This document shows, in pieces, positions 10,211 through 19,526 of a stretch of 62,363 nucleotides of DNA; within the stretch, counting starts at the first letter, position 1, and every line of letters starts with the position of its first letter. This DNA is from an uncultured virus (IMG/VR IMGVR_UViG_3300001596_000066) (lineage: Duplodnaviria; Heunggongvirae; Uroviricota; Caudoviricetes). The stretch lies in the IMG/VR virus record IMGVR_UViG_3300001596_000066; one strand, 5' to 3'. A program made the translations under genes and the position numbers. The notes under the pieces are model-generated. The model was not told where the DNA came from, made no database searches, and saw only the letters and a list, made by a program, of their open reading frames with translations.

Positions 10211-10941
10211 GGATCGTAGCGCAAGAAGTGCGTCATGAATTTGCGCCATCGTCCCAGGGGCTCGCGCCGGCTGTAGCGGCCGGGCAGATGGTGCAGGATC
10301 AGGTTGCTCTCCAACACTATGCCGCCGTGGTGCGGGACGCCCGGCCGCCCACCACCCGCCGGCAGTGACGCCAGAAAGACATCCCCCGGTTCAGCTTCAT
10401 CCGGCGCCACTTGTCGAAACCCCGCTTCGCCGAAGCCCTGTTGATAGAGATCCTGGCCATTGCTCCACCACTCATTGTCGCGCGGGAAGTCCTTGAGCGT
10501 GATGCCACGAACCAACCGGTAGTAGTCGCGGATGAGAGCGTAGCAATCGCCCCGCCCATCCGTGCCGCTTGGCCCATGGCGAAACTGCCGGCCGATGAGT
10601 GGCGGTGGTTCGAGGCTGTCGCCCCAGGCCCACGGCTCGCCGGCCACCTCACCATCGGTCAGCACGATCACCCAGGGCACGCCGCTGTCGATCTGCCCCC
10701 CGATATCGACGGCCGACGGGTCGGCGCTGCCATTCACATGAGAATGCACCACCGCCTGGATCTCACCCCGCTTGGATGCCGCCAGCCATGCTTGCGGTGA
10801 AATCCTGAACGCCGTCTCCGGCTCCGGGTGCAGGTTGCGATACGGGCGGTACACGCTGTCGACAATGAAGCCGCACGCCTCGTGCGGATGGCGTTTGATC
10901 GCGTCGGCTTTGATGGCGTTGGCAGCCGATGGAAGAAGCAT
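10207..10941 (-). CDS. Tail assembly protein K (JAB/MPN + NlpC/P60)
   Basis: PHEACG, VVHSH...PSAVD, DCYALIRDYY, PHHGGI, ILHH. Confidence 0.9.
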   Translation of the reverse strand: MLLPSAANAIKADAIKRHPHEACGFIVDSVYRPYRNLHPEPETAFRISPQAWLAASKRGEIQAVVHSHVNGSADPSAVDIGGQIDSGVPWVIVLTDGEVAGEPWAWGDSLEPPPLIGRQFRHGPSGTDGRGDCYALIRDYYRLVRGITLKDFPRDNEWWSNGQDLYQQGFGEAGFRQVAPDEAEPGDVFLASLPAGGGRPGVPHHGGIVLESNLILHHLPGRYSRREPLGRWRKFMTHFLRYDP

Positions 10942-10959
10942 CACCACCCCCTGCGCAGC

Positions 10960-10981
10960 AAAAACCCCGCCGAAGCGGGGT
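10960..10981 (-). terminator. Intrinsic terminator after the CapRel-like gene
   Basis: 7-bp GC-rich stem, TTCG loop, T tract on - strand. Confidence 0.8.
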
Positions 10982-11011
10982 CCCACAACAAACAGTCTCT
11001 TGGCCGCCGTT

Positions 11012-12220
11012 TCATTTGACCCACCGACGGCTCTTGCCTGGGTTAAGCCAAGAAGTAGAGATTGCGTGTTCGCGCCTTGGCCTTGTCCTGGCTCCCCTCT
11101 GCTGGGCAAACTCGGAGATATTGCGACCTCCAACGATTTCAGACAGCATCTGGCCGAACAGTTCAACATCGACGAAGTAATTTGGGAATGCGCGCTTGAG
11201 CTCTTCTACATTATTGGCTTCCACCAAGACGCTGATCGTTCGCTGGTCACTGTCTGACAACTCCCTTCTCTCCGAAGTATTATAAGCAGCTATTCCTTCA
11301 GTCACGTTGTAGAATGGCCTCAGCTTGACAATACGATCTACGTTGTCGAATTCCAAACCATAGAATGTCGGCCTTCTCTGTATCGGCTTCTTTCTGGGCT
11401 CGATTTCCCGAACAACGTAACGAGTGTTTTCTAGAAACTCTATTGCTTTTAGTTGATTGTTCAAGTCTCTGATCTCTGAAACGCACTCACGCGATGTAGG
11501 CAAATCGGCCGGCGGCGGGCAGCCTTCTGCCAATGCAAGCTGCCCCGACATTAGCTTGAAGAGTCGGAGCCACTTTTCGCTACCGACCCCGCCCTTCAAG
11601 TTCTCATTTCGGACCAGACCCACAGCCTCAACGGCGGTTGCCCACGAGTGCTGTAGCCTTGAACGAACCTGGACCTCGATACGGCGCCCGTCAAACGCAG
11701 ACGCACGCGGGTTTTCGAACTTGATGATAAGGTGAAAGCAACGGTAACCGTCACTTTTTGGTCTAGCAACGTAATCCTTTTGACCAACAACGTTCTCGTC
11801 TCGGCGCTTTTCTATGTCACTTTTCAATAACACCGCATCATGAATGGTCTCGCAGATAACACGGCAGCCGCCGATATCCTGCATTCGACTCAACTTCATT
11901 TCCGGCTCGCGGCTCAGCTTTTCCCTAATTGACGGGAGTCTCTTCAACCGAGAGCCGGTTGTTCCTTCAATGCCAAGGCGCCTGAGAGACTGTATCGCCG
12001 AAGTGCGAACACTCTTCATCGGATAGGAATGCGATTCACGCCACGCGTGAGCTATTCGGAACAGTCGTATTGCCTCGCCGTGAGATCCGGATGAATCCGT
12101 GACCAAGCGCTTAAGCCGATCGCCAACACGATTGACCTCATTGCGGCTATGATTGAATGGCCTAAATCTCGACACGTCTAGCTCGCTGTTCGCGGCAGTC
12201 TGACCGAACTCTAGTACCAT
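11012..12220 (-). CDS. capRel: RelA/SpoT synthetase-domain protein, fused CapRel-like toxin-antitoxin (start uncertain; in-frame TTG at 12286 possible)
   Basis: RLKRLPSIREKL, MQDIGGCR, DYVARPKSDGYRCFH, EVQVRSRLQHSWATAVE; C-terminal VE...LKRAFPNYFVD anchor; lower GC than flanks. Confidence 0.8.
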   Translation of the reverse strand: MVLEFGQTAANSELDVSRFRPFNHSRNEVNRVGDRLKRLVTDSSGSHGEAIRLFRIAHAWRESHSYPMKSVRTSAIQSLRRLGIEGTTGSRLKRLPSIREKLSREPEMKLSRMQDIGGCRVICETIHDAVLLKSDIEKRRDENVVGQKDYVARPKSDGYRCFHLIIKFENPRASAFDGRRIEVQVRSRLQHSWATAVEAVGLVRNENLKGGVGSEKWLRLFKLMSGQLALAEGCPPPADLPTSRECVSEIRDLNNQLKAIEFLENTRYVVREIEPRKKPIQRRPTFYGLEFDNVDRIVKLRPFYNVTEGIAAYNTSERRELSDSDQRTISVLVEANNVEELKRAFPNYFVDVELFGQMLSEIVGGRNISEFAQQRGARTRPRREHAISTSWLNPGKSRRWVK

Positions 12221-12330
12221 TGTATCTGATTCGACTGTCGGCGCGCCACGCGGGTCCGTCTGAAGCCAGCTGTGTTCAGTGTCCAAGAAACATTCTCCCT
12301 GCACCGTTTTCAGTTGAAGGCACAACAGCA

Positions 12331-13044
12331 TCACACCCTCGCCCTGGCCACGCCAGGAAAGCCGCGAAACGGCAGGATCGCGTTGTCACCGAACCGCACT
12401 TTGCACCCGCTCGTCAGCTGCTTGTTGCAAACATCGTCGGCGCCGCTCGCCACCGGGTTGCCGAACCGGTCGAAGCTGGCGGCTCCGACATAGGGGCAGG
12501 TCGCCTGGCTATAGTCGAACGTCTGCGTGTCCGGGTCCCAGACCCGATAGCGCTGATCGCACAGCCGGGTCACCTGCCGCCCGGGCACCAGGCGCCCCTC
12601 CTGGTCCATGGCCGCGGCCAACCCCCACTCGACATAGACCTTGTTCTGCGCCGATTTTCGCTCTACCCGATACACATCCAGCGGCCAATGCGCCGTCGGG
12701 TCGGCCCCCGGCTGCCCATCGAGAAAACGCGTCAATGTCCGCAGCCGCGTGACCGTCGCGCCGACCAGGTCGTTGAACTGCTGCAACAGCCCCGTGATCA
12801 CCAGATTGACGTTGGCGATACGCAAGCGCGGCGTCGGCAACGGCCCGCTGCCGGACCATTCGAACCCGTCCGCCTCGATCGGCGTCGGCGGGTAGGTATT
12901 GCCGGCGAACACCACCGGCTGATCGTTCACCGTGCCGCTGGTCCACCGCAGGATGCCGGCGCCGTGGCTGGTGCCGTCCAGCGTCCACAGCTCGACCTTG
13001 GCGTCCAGCGCGGCTGCCTGTTGAGCTTCCGTGAGGGCTGACAT
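12331..13044 (-). CDS. Minor tail protein L
   Basis: PIEADGFEWSGSGPLPTPRLRIAN, DLVGATVTR, Cys cluster C..Y..CPY..CNK....C..RFG, PFRGFPG. Confidence 0.9.
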   Translation of the reverse strand: MSALTEAQQAAALDAKVELWTLDGTSHGAGILRWTSGTVNDQPVVFAGNTYPPTPIEADGFEWSGSGPLPTPRLRIANVNLVITGLLQQFNDLVGATVTRLRTLTRFLDGQPGADPTAHWPLDVYRVERKSAQNKVYVEWGLAAAMDQEGRLVPGRQVTRLCDQRYRVWDPDTQTFDYSQATCPYVGAASFDRFGNPVASGADDVCNKQLTSGCKVRFGDNAILPFRGFPGVARARV

Positions 13045-13117
13045 TTAGGCTCCACCAAGTTGACTCTTTTTCGCGCAATAGTACCCTCACCCCCAGCTAA
13101 CTGATTGGGGGATCAGC

Positions 13118-13459
13118 GTGTCAGCGGAACGGGTTCGCGTAACTTTCACGTGCAAGAACTGCGGGGCGCCGATTGCCATCCCCCAAAAGAACCGCGACGA
13201 TAGCCAGATTGGGTGCAAGGGTTGTGGTCGGCGCGTCGGATCACTCAGTTGTCTTCGCGATCAGGCGGAACGCGCGGTCAGCAACAGCAGAGGAAAGGCC
13301 CAAAACATGGCGACCAAGAAATCAGGCAACAAAGCGTCCTCGCTGGCAGGCAAGGCGCTCGCAGGGAAGAAACTCACCCAAAAAGAGATCAAGACCTTGG
13401 CCGGTTCGGTCCTGTCTCAAGACGAGCAAAAGGGGCCACGCAAAACTAAGAAGAAGTGA
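13118..13459 (+). CDS. Zn-ribbon (CxxC...CxxC) protein with in-frame internal start at 13307 giving a 50-aa basic AGSVLSQ protein
   Basis: CKNC/CKGC; purine-rich RBS AGAGGAAAGG before ATG 13307; candidate promoter TTGACT-N16-TACCCT upstream. Confidence 0.55.
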   Translation: MSAERVRVTFTCKNCGAPIAIPQKNRDDSQIGCKGCGRRVGSLSCLRDQAERAVSNSRGKAQNMATKKSGNKASSLAGKALAGKKLTQKEIKTLAGSVLSQDEQKGPRKTKKK

Positions 13460-13718
13460 GCCTCGGCTCCTTCAGTCTGGCCACGCCGATGACACATCGT
13501 GACGGAATCTGGATGATCCCAGACGCCTGAACATCTGCGTCCAAATCCCCGAGATTAGGCGCGAGGGCTTTCAAGTCGTCACCGTCGTGGATCAACCAGC
13601 CGACAGACGTACAGCGCACAACGGAGCCGGGCTCGAAGCCAGATAAGTAGCCCCACCCCGGAGACGGCTGTCTGCTGTCCTCCCACTCAATAACGACCAA
13701 CGGGCAGCGGGGCTTCAT
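13446..13718 (-). CDS. Small phage hypothetical protein
   Basis: LVVIEWEDS...CTSVGWLI...IQIP pattern; GGAGG RBS. Confidence 0.7.
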   Translation of the reverse strand: MKPRCPLVVIEWEDSRQPSPGWGYLSGFEPGSVVRCTSVGWLIHDGDDLKALAPNLGDLDADVQASGIIQIPSRCVIGVARLKEPRLTSS

Positions 13719-13731
13719 TCATCCTCCGGGC

Positions 13732-13758
13732 AAAGAAAAACCCCGCCGGAGCGGGGTT
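13732..13758 (-). terminator. Intrinsic terminator
   Basis: AACCCCGC-TCCG-GCGGGGTT then TTTCTTT on - strand. Confidence 0.8.
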
Positions 13759-13793
13759 GTGGTTCCCATAGAGCCTCTATGACGACGATCGCC

Positions 13794-14507
13794 CTATCCA
13801 GGCACACCAATAAACCCAAACGCAGCGGCCAAAGCTGCCAACACGCTACCGAAACCGGCAATCGTCCAGAGGAAGTTGTGCCAGATGCGGCCCCTCAGGC
13901 TCTCGAACTTGGGCTCGATCTCATTTCGCAATCCATCGACTTTGGAGCCGACATCCTGCCTGACGCTCTCGATAGCGCGTCGAACGGATTCGTTCCCGGA
14001 CTTGACGTCGCCCTTCAACTCCGCCACGCCACTTTCGACGTGCTCGAGCTTGGCCTCGAGGGTTGCTAACTTGGCTTCCATAGCTTTGTAATATAGAGGA
14101 TCTTGATCCTCAGCACCATTGTTTCCTTGCGTTGCTTGCTCTGCGTGCGACTCGGATTGGTCAGCACTAGATTTGAAGATTGGACGATCAGAATCGCTTT
14201 CAGAGATCAGTGATGTTATCAAATCGTCGAAGAGCGCTCTAAGACCATCAAAATCGACATTCTCTTCGTCGAGTACCTTTTCATAGTACAAGAAAGAAAC
14301 AAAACTATCAAAAAGAGCTACCACCCGCTCGTCTTCGACGCCTAACTCGCGTGCAATCAGACTGATTCCGCTAATCAGGTTTTCATGCGCTGACGATTCG
14401 TCTGCTCGGTTCGAAGACTCCGACCTATCGCCATCACGTTTGGACGATTGCTTTTCGATCGTTTTGTCGGCTTGCGACGATCGAGTGCGTTTTCTGGCGG
14501 GAGACAT
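13794..14507 (-). CDS. Accessory protein with C-terminal coiled coil and membrane anchor
   Basis: 237 aa; MEAKLATLEAKLEHVE coiled coil, FLWTIAGFGSVLAALAAAFGFI; lower GC. Confidence 0.65.
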   Translation of the reverse strand: MSPARKRTRSSQADKTIEKQSSKRDGDRSESSNRADESSAHENLISGISLIARELGVEDERVVALFDSFVSFLYYEKVLDEENVDFDGLRALFDDLITSLISESDSDRPIFKSSADQSESHAEQATQGNNGAEDQDPLYYKAMEAKLATLEAKLEHVESGVAELKGDVKSGNESVRRAIESVRQDVGSKVDGLRNEIEPKFESLRGRIWHNFLWTIAGFGSVLAALAAAFGFIGVPG

Positions 14508-14660
14508 CGCGAGTCAGAGGCGCTCATTATCTTGAATTCTCAAGATAGTTTTACACAACCGGCAGTAATCGCAATAACGATTTTTCAAGAAGTCCAACTC
14601 ACGGCCGCGGCAAGAAGCGGCCAGAACGCTCTGTCTCACACCATCTTGCTGAAAAACTTT

Positions 14661-15563
14661 TCACTCCACCCCCACATACTCGCAGAAGTGCAGCGCGATG
14701 AATGGGGGCATGTTGTTGTGGGGGAGGTTGCCGCCCAGGCTAACCACATCAGAGTCCTCCCCGTTTGTTTGGAAGTACCCTATCCATTGATCGATCCCGT
14801 CCGGAAGCGAATGCTCTCGATAGAGGGCCAGTCCCTGCTGGTCGAGCTCGCCATCGTCTTCCACCGCAGCCTGCCTCATCATTAGTGGGTGCATTGTATC
14901 GTTTGGGAGGTTTTCCCACTCAAGGTCGGTAGCTTCCTGGCCTCCAAGATCTCCGGCTCGATAGACAGTCAGGGCGGCCCCGCTCTCGTCGAGGTGGATA
15001 TCAGGTGCGTCCTGGCGAAGAGGAGGCCGAGGCCCAGCACCCACAATCATACGACCAACCGCCGCCTCGAAGGTCGCCCAGCCTGGGCCAAGCAGCCTGC
15101 ATTCTCTCTCAAAGGCCACGACGGAGTTGAAAGGAAGTGGCTGAACCGCCGACGTCACAAGCTCTTGAATGGTGGGGTCGCCAGCCAAATTTTCGATTGC
15201 GACCGTCAAATTGAGCGCGTCATACTGCTCATTGAGTTCATCAACGCGCGCCTCAAAATCCCGCACGGCATCATCTGCATCGCTCGCCGCGCCGTTGGCC
15301 GCCGAAATCGCACCGTCTACCCGTCCATAGGCGGCCAAAAGAAGACCAGTGAAGGTGTCGGCATCGTTGAGCGACTCAACGCCGGCTGTCACCACCTCCA
15401 TCTGCCTTTCCAGCTCATCTAGCCTTCCGCTGAGTTCGCCAATGCATTCCAACAACTCTTCGCGATCCATTCCAGGCGCGTTGTTACAGCCCTGAGCGCC
15501 TGACGGCCCCGCTAGCGCGACATAACCGAGAATTGCACCGGCTACCAAGGGCAATAGTCGCAT
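14661..15563 (-). CDS. Secreted coiled-coil protein with C-terminal tail-collar/baseplate-like domain
   Basis: Signal peptide; GRMIVGAG...GGQE...ENLP...PHNNMPPFIALHFC. Confidence 0.65.
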   Translation of the reverse strand: MRLLPLVAGAILGYVALAGPSGAQGCNNAPGMDREELLECIGELSGRLDELERQMEVVTAGVESLNDADTFTGLLLAAYGRVDGAISAANGAASDADDAVRDFEARVDELNEQYDALNLTVAIENLAGDPTIQELVTSAVQPLPFNSVVAFERECRLLGPGWATFEAAVGRMIVGAGPRPPLRQDAPDIHLDESGAALTVYRAGDLGGQEATDLEWENLPNDTMHPLMMRQAAVEDDGELDQQGLALYREHSLPDGIDQWIGYFQTNGEDSDVVSLGGNLPHNNMPPFIALHFCEYVGVE

Positions 15564-15566
15564 CAA

Positions 15567-15773
15567 TCACCAACCCGCCATAAGGCATGAAACTGAGTTG
15601 TTTTCCCAAAGACCGAACCCAGAAACGACGGCACACCATGCTTTGATCGGAGTCCCCCAGAGGTTGTTCTCCGGATCAGCGATCGCGAGCGTGAGGATGG
15701 ATATGATTGCCCCTGTGGCCAGGGCAACAATGACATCACGTGACGCGACTATCTCGATTACCCTTTTCACCAT
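15567..15773 (-). CDS. Small membrane protein
   Basis: Hydrophobic VIVALATGAIISILTLAI; stop abuts the next gene. Confidence 0.5.
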   Translation of the reverse strand: MVKRVIEIVASRDVIVALATGAIISILTLAIADPENNLWGTPIKAWCAVVSGFGLWENNSVSCLMAGW

Positions 15774-15830
15774 TCCCCGCAGGCATAGCGACGTTGTTGA
15801 CTTCGGTTCAAAGAGGCCACTGAGCAACCA

Positions 15831-15859
15831 AAAGTATCACATTGTTAGACAATGCTCAA
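15831..15859 (-). promoter_or_regulatory. Candidate sigma70 promoter with palindrome in the spacer
   Basis: TTGAGC-N17-TACTTT on - strand; CATTGT-N3-ACAATG at 15840-15854. Confidence 0.5.
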
Positions 15860-15861
15860 TG

Positions 15862-15886
15862 AAAAAGGGCGGCCCGAAGACCGCCC
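15862..15886 (-). terminator. Intrinsic terminator
   Basis: GGGCGGTC-TTCG-GGCCGCCC then TTTTT on - strand. Confidence 0.7.
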
Positions 15887-16146
15887 CGACCCTGCGACAT
15901 CGTCTTCATCGGCGAGACGGGCGTGAAGCTGCGGGGCGGCCAAGAGACCGGCAATGGTTAACATCTCGTATCCATTCTATCGAACGGCCCCATTGGGTCT
16001 TCGCTTGATAAGTCAGTTCTAGAGACACCCCTCGGACATCTCCTTTTTGGCTTCATGGTACCTCAGGTATTCGCCAACTCTTAGTGCTGTCAACTAGGGT
16101 TATTGCTAAGCTTCCATGCTGAGTATCGCTTAGGAGGCGACTGCAA

Positions 16147-17628
16147 ATGCGCGGGGTCGGTTCAGCTTCAAGAAGCTTGATTAGGTTACTACTGATTACT
16201 GCAATTTGGGGCTATCTATTCGCGAGTAATGCTAGTTGGGGGCAGCAAGTCGGTACTTCTATATGCGTCAACGAAGCTCGCTGGACTCCGACATGGGAAT
16301 GGCTTGATGGAGCACTAAGGCATCACTTGGTCTGGTTGGATCTACAAGGTTGGCAAGACGAGACACTGCCGGGCCGGTTGGTCTTGTGTAATGCGGACCT
16401 TACTGCCTGGCCTGGCCTGGATCTCAGCAATCTCACCCGCGCAGACCTTAGAGGCGCCAACCTTTCCGGGGTGTTTTCTTACGGTAGCGATTTCGCTGGG
16501 GCGGAGCTTGCGGGGGCGGATCTCTCACATGCCATACTTTTTGTTGGCGACTTCTCAAGAGCAAACCTTGCTGGGGCCAACCTGTCCAGGACGCAAGTCG
16601 TCAGTGCCAACTTCACTGGCGCAATCCTCGTAAATGCCAACCTTTCCAGAGCGCAAGTATCCACTGCCAACTTCTCTGGCGCAAACCTCGCAAATGCCAA
16701 CCTTTCCGAGGCGAACCTTCGACATGCCAACTTTGCCGAGGCGAACCTCATATCTGCCGACATGTCGGGCGCAGCCCTGGCGTTTGCTGACCTCTCCGGC
16801 GCGAACCTTCAATCTGCGGACCTATCAAATGCTGACTTGAGCGACGCCAACCTGTCGCGGGCTGAACTCGCTGCTACGACTCTATCCAACACGCGTATTG
16901 CGGGCACTAACATCACGGATGCCAGGTTACAGACTTTTGGCTCTCCTGAACGCGATACGCTTTACGATATCCATGGCCTCGATCAGGTCGTCTTCGCAGA
17001 AGGCCGAGGATCGGCGCTTGTAGCGCTTCGCAACCAACTTCGAGAGATTGGCCAGCGAGACTTGGAGCGCGCCGCAACATACGCGATCGAGCGCAATAGA
17101 ATGCGCCACGGTTTTGCGAGCAGTGATCCATTGGATTGGCTGTCAGCAACCATATCGGCGGTATTCTTCTGGCTTCCAGCTGCGTTCGGTTTCGATCACG
17201 GGCGACCGCTGGTCATCATTTTGGCTGGAACCATGGTAATGGCATTCCCCTACGCATGGTTCGCCTGGCGACCATCGAGTGTGCGACCGCAATCTGGGGG
17301 CAGCGCGGTCTATCGGGTGTTTCCGCAGGGCCGCATAATAGAAGACTCCTACGTGACACTTTCAACGGGGTCTGAACTCGTCGAACGCGTGAGATCTCCA
17401 TCTTACGCCGCCGCTTTGCCGCTAGGCCTTTACATCAGCTTTCTCTCTTCGTTTCGCATCGGCACTCGCAACGTCAACATAGGCGCTTGGGCGTCGCGTC
17501 TTCAAAAACGAGAATACGAGTATCGTGTGGTCGGGTGGCCGCGGGTGCTTGCGGGCCTTCAATCGGTTTTCAGCCTGTACATGCTAATAGCCTGGCTTCT
17601 CTTTACTTTCGGCCGGCCCCTCCAATAA
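16147..17628 (+). CDS. Pentapeptide-repeat membrane protein with C-terminal multi-TM (channel-like) region
   Basis: Long A(N/D)(L/F)xx repeats; N-terminal signal/TM; C-terminal TM segments; AGGAGG RBS. Confidence 0.85.
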   Translation: MRGVGSASRSLIRLLLITAIWGYLFASNASWGQQVGTSICVNEARWTPTWEWLDGALRHHLVWLDLQGWQDETLPGRLVLCNADLTAWPGLDLSNLTRADLRGANLSGVFSYGSDFAGAELAGADLSHAILFVGDFSRANLAGANLSRTQVVSANFTGAILVNANLSRAQVSTANFSGANLANANLSEANLRHANFAEANLISADMSGAALAFADLSGANLQSADLSNADLSDANLSRAELAATTLSNTRIAGTNITDARLQTFGSPERDTLYDIHGLDQVVFAEGRGSALVALRNQLREIGQRDLERAATYAIERNRMRHGFASSDPLDWLSATISAVFFWLPAAFGFDHGRPLVIILAGTMVMAFPYAWFAWRPSSVRPQSGGSAVYRVFPQGRIIEDSYVTLSTGSELVERVRSPSYAAALPLGLYISFLSSFRIGTRNVNIGAWASRLQKREYEYRVVGWPRVLAGLQSVFSLYMLIAWLLFTFGRPLQ

Positions 17629-17748
17629 GCCCGCTCGCCTGCATGTGGCCGCAACCAAAGCAGCCGCTTCCGATCACTCGACGCATCGTCAACCCGGCTA
17701 GGCGGCGTGAAGCTGGCTACCAGGCGCCATCAACGCTACCCTCGCCCC

Positions 17749-17994
17749 ATGCCCGACCCCCAGCGCCTCACCGTCCTAATGGCCTTCGACCGCGATCCTG
17801 ACACGGGCGAGCTAGGCCCGGCGTTCGAGCCCAAACAGATGCCCACCGAAGAGCGCGCCAGGTCCGAAGCTGCCAAACTGGCCGACAAGCACGACGCCGT
17901 CATCGCATTCTCGCGGACCGCAGAGCCGGATATCGGCGAGTACGGCGAGGCCGTTGAGCTGGCGCGGTTTGGCGAGGTGCCGGAGTTGGAATGA
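17749..17994 (+). CDS. Small acidic hypothetical protein
   Basis: AFDRD..GEL.PAFEP...VIAFSRTAEPDIGEYG...LARFGEVP, a pattern typical of alphaproteobacterial mobile DNA. Confidence 0.65.
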   Translation: MPDPQRLTVLMAFDRDPDTGELGPAFEPKQMPTEERARSEAAKLADKHDAVIAFSRTAEPDIGEYGEAVELARFGEVPELE

Positions 17995-18028
17995 ATCATG
18001 CGCCAGATGTCGTCCGCCGCCTCGGAGC

Positions 18029-18238
18029 CTAGTCCGTTTCTCCTATCGTGAAGGTCGTCAGCACGGTAGCCCTTCCGCCCCCACCGGGGTTGAACCTGCC
18101 GACACAGATCATGATCTCGCCGTCGAAGTTGAGGTAGTTCAAGACGTCGTCTGCATCGTCATCATGCTCGACAACCACCGTCCGGTACATCCCGGCCATT
18201 CCGTGATAGAGGCCCTGAATCTGGCTAACAACCTGCAT
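18029..18238 (-). CDS. Hypothetical protein
   Basis: 69 aa ORF, GAGGGG RBS. Confidence 0.4.
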   Translation of the reverse strand: MQVVSQIQGLYHGMAGMYRTVVVEHDDDADDVLNYLNFDGEIMICVGRFNPGGGGRATVLTTFTIGETD

Positions 18239-18323
18239 TGAACTCGCCCCCTCTCGCTGCAACAGTGTAGCAAAACAGTGTCCGAAATACCCGGTGGGTT
18301 GCAACACCCAAACAGGCGTGGGT

Positions 18324-18779
18324 CTAGTTGTTCTCCCGTCTCCAGTCCCACGGCGCATCGCAGCCCATCACCCACACGCCATTACCGGACTGCTCCGCAA
18401 CCGCCTGCTCGGTCGCGTAGTGGCCATCACTGAACTGCTCGTAGTCCCAGGCCCAGCCGGCCGCGACCATCGCGGCGTTGATCGATGTGCCGTTGTCCAT
18501 GAAGCAGCGCGAAACGGAGCGCCCGTGCTGATCGGTCGTCACCCTTTCACAGTAGTCGAACTGCTCCATGAAGGTTGCAAGGGCCTCTCTCGCGTCGGGC
18601 CCGGGCATGAACGTCTCGCCGGTGCCGTCGCAGGACTGCCGAGTTTCCGGGGCGTCGATACCCCAGAATCGAATACGCTCATCGCCGATTCGGATCGTAT
18701 CGCCATCGGTGACGCGAATGTCCTGGGCTGCTGCTGAAGCAGCGAGCAGGCAGGCGGCCAAGGCTATCGAGTATCGCAT
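18324..18779 (-). CDS. Secreted thermonuclease (SNase family) 1
   Basis: Signal peptide; DGDT, RIRFWGIDAPE, DQHGR, MVAAGWAW, PWDWR. Confidence 0.9.
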   Translation of the reverse strand: MRYSIALAACLLAASAAAQDIRVTDGDTIRIGDERIRFWGIDAPETRQSCDGTGETFMPGPDAREALATFMEQFDYCERVTTDQHGRSVSRCFMDNGTSINAAMVAAGWAWDYEQFSDGHYATEQAVAEQSGNGVWVMGCDAPWDWRRENN

Positions 18780-18899
18780 ATCGCACCTCGCAGGTTATCG
18801 AAGGTGCGTGTTTCCTATCAGCTCGGCTCATGTCGAAAAGTGGCTTATGCCACACGAACGTGGCGCCAGAGCCTCACCAAAGCCGCTTGGTCAGGAGCG

Positions 18900-19526
18900 T
18901 CAGGGCCGCCGATCAGTCCACCATCCGCTATCGATAGTGATCGTCCCGACCGATGGATCAACGAGCTTGTCAATGTTGGGAATCAAGCCCTGAGTCCTGA
19001 AGACCGCGAAAGCCCGAATCTCGGCCTCAGGAAATGCCTCCCTGAGGCGCATCGCGCAAGCAAACATCGTGCGCCCCATCGTCAATACGTCATCGACCAG
19101 GGTTATCCGTTCCGGCGCTATCAGATCGGCATTGACTTTAAGGCTATCGAAATGTTCCCGCACCGTTGGACGTTGGTTCGACGGCGACGATGATGACTTG
19201 CGCAGGTGCGAGATTCTGTCGATGCACTCGAAGACTTCCAGCCCATGACCTGCGTCTAGGAGGGCGTCGGCAATGATCTTTGACGGCCACAGGCTCCCAC
19301 GTGCGAGCTTCGCGCTCCTCGGGACAGGAACCAGAGTTGATTCCTTGCTCAGGAACGGCCTCAACACCTCGCATCTCGGCTTTTTCAGCTGTTCGACCGC
19401 ATGGGCAATTGTCTCAGAGCGGCCGGCCTTCACTTGACCGCAGGCTCTTTGAGACCTACGCGACAGATCTGACCCTCCGCGCGGTGAGTAGTTTGCAAAC
19501 GTCCCGTAGCGAATCCTAGAAAGCAA
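18900..19526 (-). CDS. Type I phosphoribosyltransferase (ComF-like), partner of DprA
   Basis: LVPVPRS, ITLVDDVLTMGRTM PRPP-binding loop; TTG start overlaps dprA stop. Confidence 0.85.
   Translation of the reverse strand: MLSRIRYGTFANYSPRGGSDLSRRSQRACGQVKAGRSETIAHAVEQLKKPRCEVLRPFLSKESTLVPVPRSAKLARGSLWPSKIIADALLDAGHGLEVFECIDRISHLRKSSSSPSNQRPTVREHFDSLKVNADLIAPERITLVDDVLTMGRTMFACAMRLREAFPEAEIRAFAVFRTQGLIPNIDKLVDPSVGTITIDSGWWTDRRP

Noticed and set aside
16390..16930. Periodic 15-nt repeats suggesting an array
   Set aside because: Pentapeptide-repeat coding sequence, not CRISPR
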